A stretch of DNA of 64,000 nt from Vicugna vicugna (taxonomy: Eukaryota). The notes beneath the pieces are model-generated. The model saw only the letters and a list, made by a program, of their open reading frames with translations. It made no database searches and had not been told where the DNA came from. The stretch is from positions 5,725,149 through 5,789,148 of the forward strand of contig MU058213.1 of the NCBI GenBank assembly GCA_013265495.1, read 5' to 3'. Shown in pieces: positions 38,941 through 52,539 of this stretch. Position 1 is the stretch's first letter; every line of letters begins with the position of its first letter. The translations under genes and the position numbers were made by a program.

Positions 38941-41900
38941 GAATAAAGGAACTAGAGCGTTTAGTTTATTTGTAGTTTATTTTATATATCATAAATTTAT
39001 GTATCATACATTCTTTTTGAAAGATTGATATTTAGGGTTAAGAAAAAAATATTTCCAAAACAACAAACAGTATTTATTTATGCTTCAAAATCTGTCAGCA
39101 CAAATCTCTCCCGAAAGAAAAAAAGGAATCAAGTATAAAATGTTTCCCACATACTTTCAAAACTTCAAAAAGAGCCTGTTTTTCCCAGTCATCACATTAA
39201 CTATGAAAATGGACAATGACATTTTCCCTCTAAAATTACTGACAATATAATCCCCATTTCTAGAAAAAGCTTTTGTTCAACTAATGAATAAGCCCTCATT
39301 GAGATGCTAAATCATAGGATGCACTGTAGTTCCCCTGAAAAGGCCAAACAGCATATTCTTTCACAAAGAATGAGTCATTGGTGTAGAATATTCAGCCTAT
39401 TTAAAACAAAGATCAGCTTTAAATCTATGGCCTTTCTTCCAGCTCCTCTGCATGCCAACCTCTTGCTTCTGTTTTGTTGTATGAGGCACAAATATAAATA
39501 ATACATATATTGTGATACTACCCCAAACAGGAAATAGCTCTAGTTAACTCTAAATCAGCCACTCCAGGAAGGGGGAATATTTACAGACCTTTGCGCAGAC
39601 CTTTGTGCAACAGAGCCATGCATAAAACACCCACTTCTCACTACGCACTAACTAGAGTAGACTTTGCCATCTCACTACTCCCAGCAAGGCACCCTCCCTC
39701 TACATGACCGCCGGGTTAGGAATTTGACTGCAGAGACCAAAGCCTTTGCTATGAGATGACTCTCTCAACACCAAAACTTGATACAATCCCTCCAATGACA
39801 TGCTATGAATCACTAAATTTAATCAAATAACCCAACTTTTATTACATTAATTGAATTTTGAAAAGAGTGACTCCATCAGAAGGTAATGTACAAAATGTTG
39901 CTTTGTTAATATCTGGAGAGTAGATGGTGGGGTCCTTGCCCATGAAAATGCAATTTATTCCCAAAGTTGCCAAAAATCAACAAGGATTCACTGAGACATA
40001 GTAAAAAGAAGAGTAGGCTTTTTTGGGGGGGATGAGTTAAGGAATGGAAGAATAGGTCAGGCAGCCTCCAAATGTCCTTCCTCCTCCTAATTCCAGTGGA
40101 CAGAGGTCCCTTTCTCCCTAGTACCCCATTCCCCATCCCCCACATTCAGTCTATGAGGAGGCTGAGAAGAGCAGGAGAAGAGGGGGAAGGTCCCTGGGGA
40201 GGAGAAGCTAAAGATGGTCCCCTTTCCCACATACACTCACAACAATAATCTCCCAGGAGACAGAAATACAGAGCTAGTGAGGCATCTCCCTCCCTATCCA
40301 TGGTTTTTAAGAAGGGTTAGTGTTGGAGGCCAAAGGGATCACATGAGCGTCAGGTCAATAGCAGAGATGTTGCTTTATTATTCTGATCAATTATAAATAA
40401 CATCACTGAACTCTAAAGTGCATTTGGACAGAACCTTTGCCCTGTTCATCACTGTATCCAATGTATCTGAAAGTGTCTTGCACAGATTAGGCATTCAAAT
40501 AATATTAACTAATTTATCATTAAATCTGTAAAATTTAAAACTGAAACTTGTCATGAAAACTTGTATCACATTGATTTAAAGTGACTGTTATTTCCCTTTA
40601 TCCAATTTGGGACTGTACACCTATACACAGAAAACAGGTGATGCCAGGCCAAAGAAGATGCCAATATCTTTTCTTTCCTGAAGTTCCTGAGCTGTGACAG
40701 ATAAAAAGAAATATCGTTGCAGGCAGAGTAATAGTTACCTTTCCCAGTCATCACAGATTCTTATCTCTAGCAGTCAAAAATCTATCCCTATCTTCAAGGT
40801 TCAAATCAAATGCCACCTCTCCTGGGACGTCTTCCTACATACCTCAATGGCTCCCCCAGCAGTGTGTGCCATTGCTTTGATGACATTTCACATTTATAAC
40901 ACTTTGATTCTCAATTATTGACTGAGAATTCCCCTGAAGGTTTAAAAATCCTCCCTATACAAATTCTTCACCCACAAATCAATAAACACCTGTTAAATTT
41001 AATTTTTCAGTCAGCAGCTGATTCCACACCTCTTTTCAAAGGTCATCCATTAACCAAAGACCTGTAAATTGTTGACTCCAGTAACCTTTTAACATTCTGC
41101 CTGCAGTTAACTAGGCACTGTCTACCATTTAAAACTGTTCCTACAGGAAAGTGTGTTCTAAGACCCTAACTACTTTACAGATTGACTATAAAATAGAACA
41201 CATTCAAAATTAGGGCCTGTATACACATAAATTCCCTATTACTCTTAATTGTATTAATATATTCATAAAACTAGTAATAGGAGGGGAAAACTATTATTTC
41301 CCAAATACAAGCGATGCAACTATAAATGACACAAGAATATACACCATCAAAGAGCTTACAGTCTAGCTGGAGTGTCAGACATGTAAACAAACATTCCATT
41401 TAAGTATTTATTTGCCAAGATTTACATCTCCCTGCAGTCACCCACAGTTTATTAAATACTGGTTGAATTTAATTTACTCATTCAGCCAACAGCTATTTTC
41501 CTTCCATGCCTCTTCTTAAAGGTCATCAAATGACCAAGAACGTGGAAACAATGGGTTCAAAACATAAGGAGGACTCGCTAACACATAATCAGCAGTAGAG
41601 GATATTCAGAACTAAGGTGACAGAAAAGGCTTCTAGGAGATTATACCTGAATTGTATCTTGGAGGATGAGTGTGGTTTGGGGGAGAGAGAATCTATGTAT
41701 AACTAGAGCATTCCTTCCACTCTCTTGTTTCTACAGGCTTGTCTCAAATTTCCAAAGTATTCCATCTCTAGAGCTAAGTTTAAAAAGCCAGTTTTAATAT
41801 GTATATTTAATATATATAATTGCACTTACATAAAACTCTAGAAAATGCAAACTAACCTGCAGATTAGGTAGTGCTTGGGAAAAGAAGGGCTGGGGAGAAA

Positions 41901-43017
41901 ACAAGGATTACACTGAGTAGGAAAACTTCTGGACGTCAACAATACATACACTATCTTAACTACAGTGACGGTTTCACAGATGTAGACATCTGTTAAAAAT
42001 TACCAACCTATATACTTTACATATGACAATGTCAACTGTATGTCAATTCTTCCTCAATAAAGCTATTTTAAAAAGTAATACCAACTAGAGAGATGTGACA
42101 ACCAAATACAATGTGTAAACCTTGACTGAATCCTGTACTTTTTTTTACGACTTCATTTTAGGGGAGCAATTAGAGAAATATGCCTACAGACTATGTATTA
42201 ACCCATTATTTAATAAATATTAAATTTCTAGATAGAAGAGTATAGATTTATATAACCTTCAGAGTCATCTGGAAATACGTATCAAAAGTTAAATACCTGA
42301 AAATACTACTTCCAGGAATTAATCTTAAGCAAATAATCATACAAATGTTAGGGGGGTAATGTACACTACTTTTTTTTTTAACAATAGAAAAGGGCAAACA
42401 ATCTAAATGCCCATGTTCATGAGCACATAAATAATACATTCATCAATGAAACATTGAAATATTACACATCTGTTAAAAAAAAAAGGCAGGGCTGTCTGTA
42501 TTGGCATAGAAACAAATTAAAGATACACTGCAAATGAGATTTCAAATGGTTAAATAAGTAAGCTCTAAAAGGCTATTCACCAAAATTCTAATGGTGGTAG
42601 ACACACTTCGCCTTCTACTTAATTAACATGCAGAAATGTATACTTTAAAGAGTCATTTGATAATCAACAAAACCAAAAATACTTCCAGCTTTAGAGGAAA
42701 AGTAGTTTGGAAACATCAAATTTTAGAAGAAATAAGGACTATTAGTGATCTAATTAATGCCTTATTTTATAACATGAAGAAAATGAGACCCAGAAAGAGT
42801 AAGTTACTTGTATAAGGTCACAAAGCTATTCTAATACATCATTCTGACTTCCCTTAGAAATACTTTCTCATAAACATGCCATGCCTCAGTTCTCTGACAC
42901 ATTATCTCTTGTACTTTCTTCCCACCATGTCTGCCACTAACTTGAGTGAATGAATTAAACTCTGAAACAGTTTTAAGCAGTTTATCTACAAGGTCACCTA
43001 AAGGTGACCTATGATTC

Positions 43018-43553
43018 TGTAGGCAAGCAAAATCTGCCACCTGAAAATCTGTCTCTTTGGCATGAGGATTACTTTAGGCTGATTATTTTTAAGAAACAGA
43101 AGCCTCAGGTTATCTTTCTTTTTACCTCTCCTTTAACTGCCTAGAAGAATTTAAATAAAGGGCCTGGTCTACGAGGAGCACTATCACTAGGGATACCTAC
43201 AAAGAATACAGGCTAGGTGTGGTAGGAGGAACTAGGCAGCAACTAGAGACCAAAATCTTCTCTGGGTCCCACTGTGTCTGCATGGCATAGCAAACATTTG
43301 TTTATCGAAAATTTTCTTTTCCACTTTCCCATACATTTTTTCCTCCCCTTTGAAATACCAAACCCCAGCCCCATCTCTTCTCAAATGCCATATAAACCTC
43401 AATTGCCTAACTTGTTCCGAGGTCTCATTCTTCTGATGAAGACCTCACACATACGTAGTTAAATCTGATTTGCTCCATCTATCTCATGTCAATTTAACTC
43501 TTAGACTAGCTAGAAGAACCAAGGACAAAGGGAAATTTTTTCCTTCCCTAACA
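43018..43553 (+). mobile_element. Solo ERV1-class LTR (MER34-like), 536 bp
   Basis: Starts TGTAGG and ends ACA, with a 4-bp TSD ATTC at 43014-43017 and 43554-43557. The 5' end TCTCTTTGGCATGAGGATTA.TTTAGGCTG resembles the MER34 family, and there is a TATA-like CATATAAA near 43389. Confidence 0.85.
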
Positions 43554-44916
43554 ATTCTAAGACTCTATAGTTGCTGAAACCAATAAAATCCACATCAATG
43601 ACTTCCTAGTCTAATGTTTGAATATAAATATAACAAGGTTGCTTATAGAGATTATTTAATCTCTTAATCTCCAAATTTATAAACCATGAGCAGAATTTAA
43701 CATTTTTATAATAAATCAGATATCACAATGCTTCTTTAGAAAGAGCTCTTTTAGGGGGTCCAAGTCCCGGGCCAATGTCCTCAGGCACACTCACAAGGTC
43801 ACTGGCATAAACACCATGCACTGAATTGTACTATAAGAGATGTGAAAAACTAGAGTCTTAGCTCCACTTATCCCTAGAACATACACATACATATACCCTT
43901 AAATGGCATTTCTACTAGTTTATCTACAACTCATCACTCATAAAAGTTGAACCTAAAATGTAAATTTACTCTATTTTTCAGTAGCAAACACAGCTACACT
44001 TCTGCAAATCAATAATGATACCAAAGACAAAGTTTTAGCTTTCTCCTAGTGGGTGTTTTTTGTTTTTTTTTTAATCCTTACAATAACTGTCTTTACTGTT
44101 ATTACATCCATTGACTTTAACCACCTTTAAACTAGTCTCTCCTAACTTTCTAACTAATAAAGTACTGGAGTAGAAGCCAGGAGACATGGATCCTTGTCAT
44201 GACTATATCTGGTCAGCTTAAGTTGTTTAAGACCCTTTAGGTTTCAGTTTCCATCATCTTTTAAACTTAGGATTTTGAAATAACTTTACTGCCTTTTACA
44301 AGAGTAGTAAAGTTACAGAATTCTGTTAAATTCAATACTCATCAATCTTCTAGTCCACTCTAGACAGCTCTATTTCCCGTAACAGTTTGTTGATAAGGCA
44401 TAATGAAGAAACAATGCCCCCAAAAGGAAAAACCTTTATTTTTAAAATGCACATGATTATGAAGTCTTAATTTAAAACTTTCAAATTAATTCCTTACTAC
44501 CAAATCAAATGTCTACAAACTTTTTTCCAAATTCTCAAACATTTGACTTGACAGTTTGTTGAGAACTATATTCAAAACTGCATCTTTAATGCAATGTTCA
44601 GTTTGTACAAGAAGTTGAATTCCTTATTCAATCTCTTTGGAAAAACAAACTTCAAACACTGCAAAACAAAATCATGAGGTGATAATTGTCAGAAAAAAAA
44701 GAATAAAATTTTCAAATATAATTTTATTTCCTAGGATGAGTTTTAAAGCTGTTCTACAATATAATAAGAGTTTTGTAATTTTCAAATAATCTTATGTTTT
44801 GGAAATGATCATTTATGCAGGTAAAATATTTTCTATTTATGTTTTAAAATAAATATATATGCAAATTTATATATATGGTGACAAATCAAAAAGGTCTTGA
44901 TCTAAATTGTTCTCAA

Positions 44917-44980
44917 AACTGACACAACATTGTGGACTATACTTCAATAAAAAATATATACATATACAGAATAAATTAAT
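44917..44980 (+). mobile_element. Extremely truncated L1 3' end
   Basis: AACTGACACAACATTGTGGACTATACTTCAATAAAAA, flanked by TAAA(T)TGTTCTCAA at 44903-44916 and 44981-44993. Confidence 0.75.
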
Positions 44981-47109
44981 TAAATGTTCTCAACTCGAGT
45001 CTTATTTACATGAATAAAATAAAATAAATTCTGACAAAGTATGAAAGGGCTGGGCACATTTTCTGCAAATTCTGCAAAACACTTAAACCCCTCACTGTCT
45101 TTTTTTACCTGTTTTTTTTTAAATGTTCCCAATATTTAACATTTCTAATTAAATATTATTTTTTAAATATCTACCATTTCTCATGGACTTCTCAACTCTT
45201 ATTCATTTGTGCCTGTGAATTGTTTGGAAAAATTAATTTATATTTCCCTAGAGACTGATCAAGGGAGAAAAAGCAAAAACAATTAACAATGTCTCTAAGT
45301 TTTCATAGTTTTTTCGAATATTGTCACTACATTTAAGAAAATTAAGTATTTAACATCAATACTTAGTAAAGCATGTGAATTAAAATATATAGTAAAGAGA
45401 TTAACCAATAAACTTGTGGATACTGTGGGAATTCTAAAGTCATGGGCACTTCCAGTCACAGTGTTAAATCAGGTAGATAATCCTACTATTGAATTATAAA
45501 TCAGAACACTCCATTCCTCAATCTTTCCAAGTGTCCACCACAGTATGTCACAACTTGATATGCATAAGCATATTTCCAAGCTCCAGACTGTATCTTAAGC
45601 ATAGCCAGAAACTTTTTGAGACCGTCCTCAGAACTTCCTGTTACTTCTGGAAGAATATTATCAATCGGATTTGAACAATGCTAGTCATTGTTAACACTTT
45701 TCAATTCAATTCTTCCTTCCCTCTTTTCCTTCTGTCCTTTGTCCCTCCTTCCCACTAATAGTGACACAAAAAGAGTGAGAAGTCTTAGTGACTGTAACAA
45801 AACACATTATGCCCACAACTTCAAAAACACAGTATCAAACTAATTGATTCTTTTAAGGTTTATTAAAAGCAATATCCTGAAGTTTCACAAATGAAGAGAC
45901 CTCCACATAAATGAGGGCTTCACCTTGAAATAGTTAAGTAAAGTTTAATAGTCTCAATTTTTACAACAAGAAGTAAGGCGCCTTCCCCCTGAAGCATGAG
46001 AAAAAAGTGGTTAAGTATGGTTACAGCTAGCGCACAGGCTGAAGGCAGGAGAGTCCTACTACTGGGAGACACAGGCAAGGTCAAGCTCTCGGGGCTTTCC
46101 TACACCACACAAAGGAAAATAAATAAATACGAGGTGAAAAAATAAACCTAAACACTCATACTCTGCAGTTTCATAGATTTACTTAAAGTATCTTTTAATT
46201 CAGAGATGAAGTATTTCCTTATAAGTACAGCATGGAAAAACTACTTAGAACTGTGCCTCTCAAAGGCAGTACACAAAACGGTACAACAGTACACTATTTA
46301 CAACTAACAATTCCAAGCAATCATACAGTCATTCCTAAAAGCTGTTCACGTTAGTAAGATTAACAGTATAATTTATGGGACAATTTTTTTCCCGGTTTCT
46401 TTAAAATAAACTGGACTAAGGGGCAGAGGACTAAATAGTATCCTTACCCTGTCATAACTGTTCACACTTCTCTGTCCTAGGAGACGGTGCTTTTTACCAC
46501 CTAAGTACAGAATTGAACAAGTGTGAATTTTAAGCTAATAACTACATGTAGTTATCACCTTCACATCTAACTGGGTATCAAAGCATATAGTTATTAAATA
46601 TTTAAAACTATCTCTGTGTTCTGGTACAGTCTCAGAAGCCACTCCCTAAGGTCCTCCAGAATAGTAGTATCACTTTCCACGGTGGTTTCATATATTCACA
46701 CCTAGAGCTGCAAAAACGTATTAATAAGAAGGTAGCCAAATTCTTATCAGAACTGCTAGCCGAGTTGGTGTGCCTCCCCTGTCATTTGCTTCTGCTGAAA
46801 ATAACATATATACGGACACCAAATTCACTCAAGTATATACACAATTGATCTAAACAATCAAGCAGTATTTCAATTGTAAAAATAAATTACTGGCATTTAA
46901 GCAAATTATATGAAAATAATAATATATATTAAGGGAACATCCTCTCCTTTTAATTAGTTGTGAAATAAAACATCCATTGATAATATGTTAAGGAAAAATT
47001 TGACTCAAAAAGCAATAGAAGCAAATGTGTGATTTTAGGTAGGCTTACAAATTCCAGAAAAGAACCAGAAATTCTTGGAATAATGACAGTGAGAATTTAC
47101 AGCTTTCTT

Positions 47110-47320
47110 CCAGGTATGAAGCAGAAAAGCACAAGGTTAAGTACATGAGATCCACAATCAAATGATGTTAAGTTTTCTGCTAGTTTCCTCATCTACAAAG
47201 TGGGGATAACATGTGCACCTATATACCTCAAAGGGTTACTATGAAGATTAAACAAAATAATGCAAGCAAAGAACTTTATATAGTGCCAGGTATACATTAA
47301 ATAGCAATAATTACTTTCAC
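47110..47320 (+). mobile_element. MIR SINE
   Basis: AGTTTCCTCATCTACAAAGTGGGGATAA...ACCTCAAAGGGTTACTATGAAGATTAAA core. Confidence 0.7.
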
Positions 47321-47413
47321 CACCACCACCACCACCACTACTACTGCTGCTATTAGAACCTCAAGTATTATACACGGAGAGGTTAAAGTGCCAATTAAAA
47401 GTAAATTTAACCT

Positions 47414-47780
47414 AGACAAACAGCATGTGATTTCACATACACGTAAAATCTCAAAAAACAAAACTAAAGAACAAACAAAACAGAAACAGACTTACAGATA
47501 CAGAGAACAAACTGGTGGTTGCCAGAGGGAAGGGAGTAAGGGATTGGATGAAAGGTTAAGATTAAGAGGGACAAATTTCCAGTTGTAAAATAAGTAAGTC
47601 ATGAGGAGGTAATACAAAGCATAAGGAATATAGTCCATAATAAATACAGTAATAACTTTAAATGGTGACAGGTGTTACTAGACTTAGATAATGATTTCAT
47701 AATGTATTTAACATTAAATTAACATTACACACCTGAAGCTAATATAATACTGTATATCAATTATATTTCAATTTTTTTCA
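47414..47780 (+). mobile_element. L1 3' UTR fragment (L1MA9-like)
   Basis: ACAGATACAGAGAACAAACTGGTGGTTGCCAGAGGG...TACACACCTGAAGCTAATATAATACTGTATATCAATTATA. Degenerate AAAA.GTAAA.TTA.CT flanks. Confidence 0.78.
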
Positions 47781-47812
47781 AAAACGTAAACTTATCTATC
47801 CACTCTCTAGAA

Positions 47813-48135
47813 GCAGGGTAGGCAAACAACAGCCTGCAGATAAATGAGTCCTTTTGTTAGGTATGAAAGCTAAAGATGGTTTCTATATTTTCAAATGGTT
47901 GAAAAAATTAAAATAATATTTTGTGTCATGTAAATATTACATGAAATTTTATATGAAACTGAAGTGACAATAACTAAAGTTTTACTGGAACATAGCCATG
48001 CTCATTCATTCATCCACTTTTCCAAGGCTGTTTTTGCAACACAATGGCCACATTAGTTGTAGTAGTAAAAATATGGTCCACAAAACCAAAATATTCATTA
48101 CCTGGCCCTTTACAGAAAAAATATGCCAACTCTTG
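47813..48135. mobile_element. hAT-Charlie MER58B-like element
   Basis: CAGGGTAGGCAAAC start, TAAAGTTTTACTGGAACATAGCCATGCTCATTCATT, CTGGCCCTTTACAGAAAAA end. TCTAGAA on both flanks. Confidence 0.75.
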
Positions 48136-50270
48136 GTCTAGAATCTAGAATATAGCAACTACTTAGAAATAAAAGGTTAACACGTGGTTATTTTCATAAG
48201 CCACGGTTAACCTGACGATTTTCAGATCGTTTTTCAAAAGTAATTGTCTAGTTATTGTCTGGTAATTATAGGCATTAAAACCTCTGTTTAAGGTAATTCC
48301 TTCCCATACTCTCATCCTTGTATCATTATATTTCCATTTAACTGTAGAAAGTTACAAATAAAAATCACTCTGAACATTACTATTTTTAAGCTCTAATACC
48401 ACAATTGGCATATAATAAATAGAACATGAAAAGGTCTCCTTACCATGAACACATACTTAGACAAGGAAAGTTAAGAGCTAAAATCAATGGTAAAGTTAAA
48501 TGCCAAGAGGAACAGAAAACCAAGTTGCAGCCAATGTCATTCATCCTCCAAGCAAACTCATCAACTTCGGGGAAAAAGAAAGGTTGACATAAAGAGAGAT
48601 ATTTGAAAGTTACCATAAGATGTAAAGTGGGAAAATGCAATCATGACGAGGAAGAAATAAAGTACGAAAAGAAGAGCAGAATATGCTTAAACTCCATACT
48701 AGGAGATGAGAGAAGAAATGAAACAAGAGAGAGAAGACACAATAATAGAAATCATAAAAGGCAGAACACGTAGAGGATACTAATGGGAAGCATAAAGCAA
48801 AAGAAAATGCCTGATTACAATTTGATGGGAAGGAAAACATGAGCTGAAAATCTGTCAATCACTCCCTTTCTGTTCTTTCTTTCCCAGAGGTCTTATTTGA
48901 TTTTGAGAAAACATTATAAGGAAAATGTTTCAAGACTTTACTAGGTATCAATGAAGAAACCGTTCCAGAGATAAGTGATATCTGGAATGTTAAAGGAGCA
49001 AAAGAAACAGAAACTACAGTTGTAGAACTTACACACCCTGATAGGGGAGAGGTAAGCCTGCAAAAAGATTAAATTAAATTACTAAGAGAATTACAAAGTA
49101 ACATACAAATCAAGTAGATGATAACTCTGCTGGCAGAAAGAAAGGAAGACACAGGAACTCATACTCTAACTTTTGAAGGAAGACTCAGCTTGGAGCTTGG
49201 GGAGAGTCTGAAACACCAGGAGAGGAAGCTGGAGAAGGAAGCAAAGAGGTGTGAGTGGAAATGCAGGCAGGAGCATTAATGAATTTATGATTTAGCAAGT
49301 GGCTAAAATCATAAACAAATCCCACCTAGAATAATTATGCTATTTTTCTATAGTAACAGCATCAGAGATGACAAGCAGTTGGACAGACTTACTTACAGAA
49401 ACTGTCAGAAATGATGGAGCAAAAAGTCAAAAGTTACGACTTTCCAGTACATTTCTAGGACTGAGAATGAAATTACTGACAACAAATTTCTAACTATAGA
49501 AAGGAAAATGAAGCCTGGAAGCTGTCAAATAAGGAAAATAGGCAAAAACTGAGAGATTAGTCTTCTTACAGTCAAAATTAAAACATGAGTATTTGAGGGG
49601 CATATAAATTAGACATACATATTTCTGGGTCATTTCACTAAAGCAGTCTCATGTTTAGATGACTATGGGTAAATAGACAATGGCAGAATTAAAAGGTGAA
49701 ATCTAAATAGCTTTTTTTACTCTTAAAACACAGGAAAAGAATTCTCCCAACAATACCATCATATAAAGAACAAAATCTATAATGATGAATCTGGAGTATT
49801 GTCAAGCTGAAGTCAAGTCATTTCGAGATTCCGAAAAGAAATACTCAAAGGGTTTAGAAATTACAAAATTACCTAAAATATTCCATAAATACTATGCAAA
49901 TATCTACACTGAAATTTACATAAGAAGATGATACCTCAGTAGGCCACACACACGAAGACATTACAACATTAAATATTCGGATGATATCAGAATATAGAAT
50001 TTCCCATTCCATCAGAATTGGTTGTCTCATAGTTCAAGTAGAATTGATTACATCCTATTAACAAAGTAGTACTGGCATAGAGTGACAGTGATATTGGCTC
50101 ATTATACAGATCTGTTATTCACTCAATTGAGATTTTGCTTGTGAAACTGTTTTCTAGCTTGATTAACAGCTTAGGAAAGAAAATAGCTCAGGTTTCATTT
50201 GTCTCCACATAGTTTTAACTATTTATATGCCTTTTCGCAAAGGGCTACATCATAAAACTTAAGTACTTAC

Positions 50271-50429
50271 TAATATCATCTTCGTGATAAATGACAGAGT
50301 GAAATGGCAGAGTTCGGTCTTTAATATATCTCTCTGCTGGCTCAACATAAAATGTGCCACCACGAGTCTGGATGAATCCTTCAAATCTTCCATCAATAAC
50401 AGACCCATGGCTAAAACTTCCTTCTTCAC
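50271..50429 (-). CDS. ADAM10: ADAM10 exon 4 (159 bp), prodomain
   Basis: AG acceptor, GTAAGT donor. Encodes [53 protein letters not shown], within ORF 50245..50448. Confidence 0.97.
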
Positions 50430-52420
50430 CTATTAGGAAAAGCAACAAACTCTTAAAAGTTTAACTTTCACATGAATGTTAAATTCATTCTCCTTTAAAA
50501 AAACCATGCTTATACACTGAAAAAAACCTAAACACAAATTTACTGGGGAAATCAATTTTCACATGAAATATATCAACGTGAATTTGAGATGTGAACAACA
50601 ACTAGTACTTAGTTAAAATATATGCAATTACTAGTAACTACAATGAAAAATGAAACATCTGTTTTGTTGACAATCACATTCCTAGCACCTAATACACTGC
50701 CTGGCATGTATGCAGTAGTTTTCAATAAACGACTATTAAATTAACTTAAACTTGGAAAAAAGTAAGGAGATCCACTAATAAAATACACACTTCCAAAATA
50801 AAGACACTGAAGTATTTTTTGAATTTTTGCTCTAACTGCCATAAGAAAAATGTTAAAAAAATAAAATAAAATAAAAAAAAAAGAAAGAAAGTGCCTTTCC
50901 CACTTAATATATTCTGCAGGAGCCTTTTGGCTTCTTTACCACCTCTAGATTTTATAAACACATTTTTAAGTAAGAGTACAAATATTTCAGAAGCAATCTG
51001 AACAATCCTTTTTAAGATACTGGGAAAAGAGTCATAATATTGTCCTATCAATTATATTTCTTTAAGGAAAGAAAATAACAAGGAAAAAGGTAGATTGGTT
51101 TTTAATATAGTCGCAAAGAAAATCTGAGCACCAAATATCAAATGATATGAAGAGGTGGGAAGTAGAAGTGGGCTTTAAAAGTTTAATTTATCTTTTAAAA
51201 TCTTCTCATTAAAACAAAACTCAGGTTTTCTGTAATTTCTAATTTATAAATTAGTATTAGTTGACTTTAAATTAATCACAGGCTGAAGCAAAGAGCCCAA
51301 GACATTTGTATTTTAAATGGTATAATTTTTATCTGCAAATTCACTGAGTCTTGTACTCTTCTTGACTACCATCGAGCAAAAAAAAGAGAGGAGCAGGAGG
51401 GGCAGAGGCTACTAAATTACTTCCCAGCAAGATAAATGAGTAAGAAAATAATAGAAAACTATAGTCTGACATTAGAAATCTAGACCTATGGAAAAGCACT
51501 TTCCTTTTCCATTACAGAATTATAAGAACACAAACAAACTTTTAATTTATTAACGAGGCTTACTCTGCAAACAAGTAATTTGAAGTATAGAAATGCCTAA
51601 TTTATCAAGCATAATTAAAAAATAACATTTCCTGAAGCACTTAATTTTTCATGTTAGGATTCTGAGAAGAAATATCTGTAATATGTAGAAATAAAATTTA
51701 ACTTACAGTTAACTTTGTCTTAATTAATCAGGATCATCTGGAATATTTATCAATGCAGAGTTATAACGCAATGATATTTTGCCCATAATATCTCCAGAAC
51801 ACTTCGATTTTTTAGCTTTTTTATGAGTTCCACAAATTGTTCTGTTCTTTCCACACTACCTAAGCTGTCAAATGTAACTTTCTACTAGGTTAGGTGTGCC
51901 TCTTACTGCCCTGATACCTTTTTATCTGTTGAAGTAGGAGAAACGTGTTAGAATTGTGAACAAAAAGCAAATAGATTCTGAGGCAGGAAGGCCCTGGGAC
52001 GATTTTCCTATGAATGACTTTTACACAGTATCTTTGGCAGTCAGGATGATCTTTACAATTTTCTTTCAGAGTTTTCTTCTTTCCTTATAAAGTACAGTTA
52101 AGTCATCTTGCTTGAAAGATTAGAAAATTATATAAGTCATTCAAAAAATTTTAAAAATCTAACAGCTTGGAGGGAATGAGAGTCAAAACTGCACACCTTT
52201 CAGAAGCCCAGACACTGCACAGTTCCATATTAAACAGATATGTAAAGGAAGACCCAAGAATTACTTCGTTCTTCAAAGACCCTCACTCTTCATGATATAC
52301 TTGATTCTCCTCAGGATTTGTCCCATCTTTCTGAAATATTTGCCTACACTTCAAAATACATATATTTCCTTGTGTAGGAAAAAAAGTTAGAGAAAAGAGT
52401 TCTTTTACGGTCCAACTTAC

Positions 52421-52539
52421 CATAAATATGTCCAGTGTAAATATGAGAGGTATCATAATCAAGTACATTATTTGATGTTTCCACCTTAAATTCATCACTG
52501 AAAAGGGAAGTGTCCCTCTTCATTCGTAGGTTGAAATGT
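52421..52539 (-). CDS. ADAM10: ADAM10 exon 3 (119 bp), prodomain
   Basis: AG acceptor at 52540-52541, GTAAGT donor. Encodes [39 protein letters not shown](G). Confidence 0.97.

Noticed and set aside
1802..52539. ADAM10 pseudogene or ADAM17 paralog
   Set aside because: Introns are present, all splice sites are canonical and there are no stops or frameshifts. The catalytic motif and four N-glycan sequons are intact, and the peptides are ADAM10-specific.
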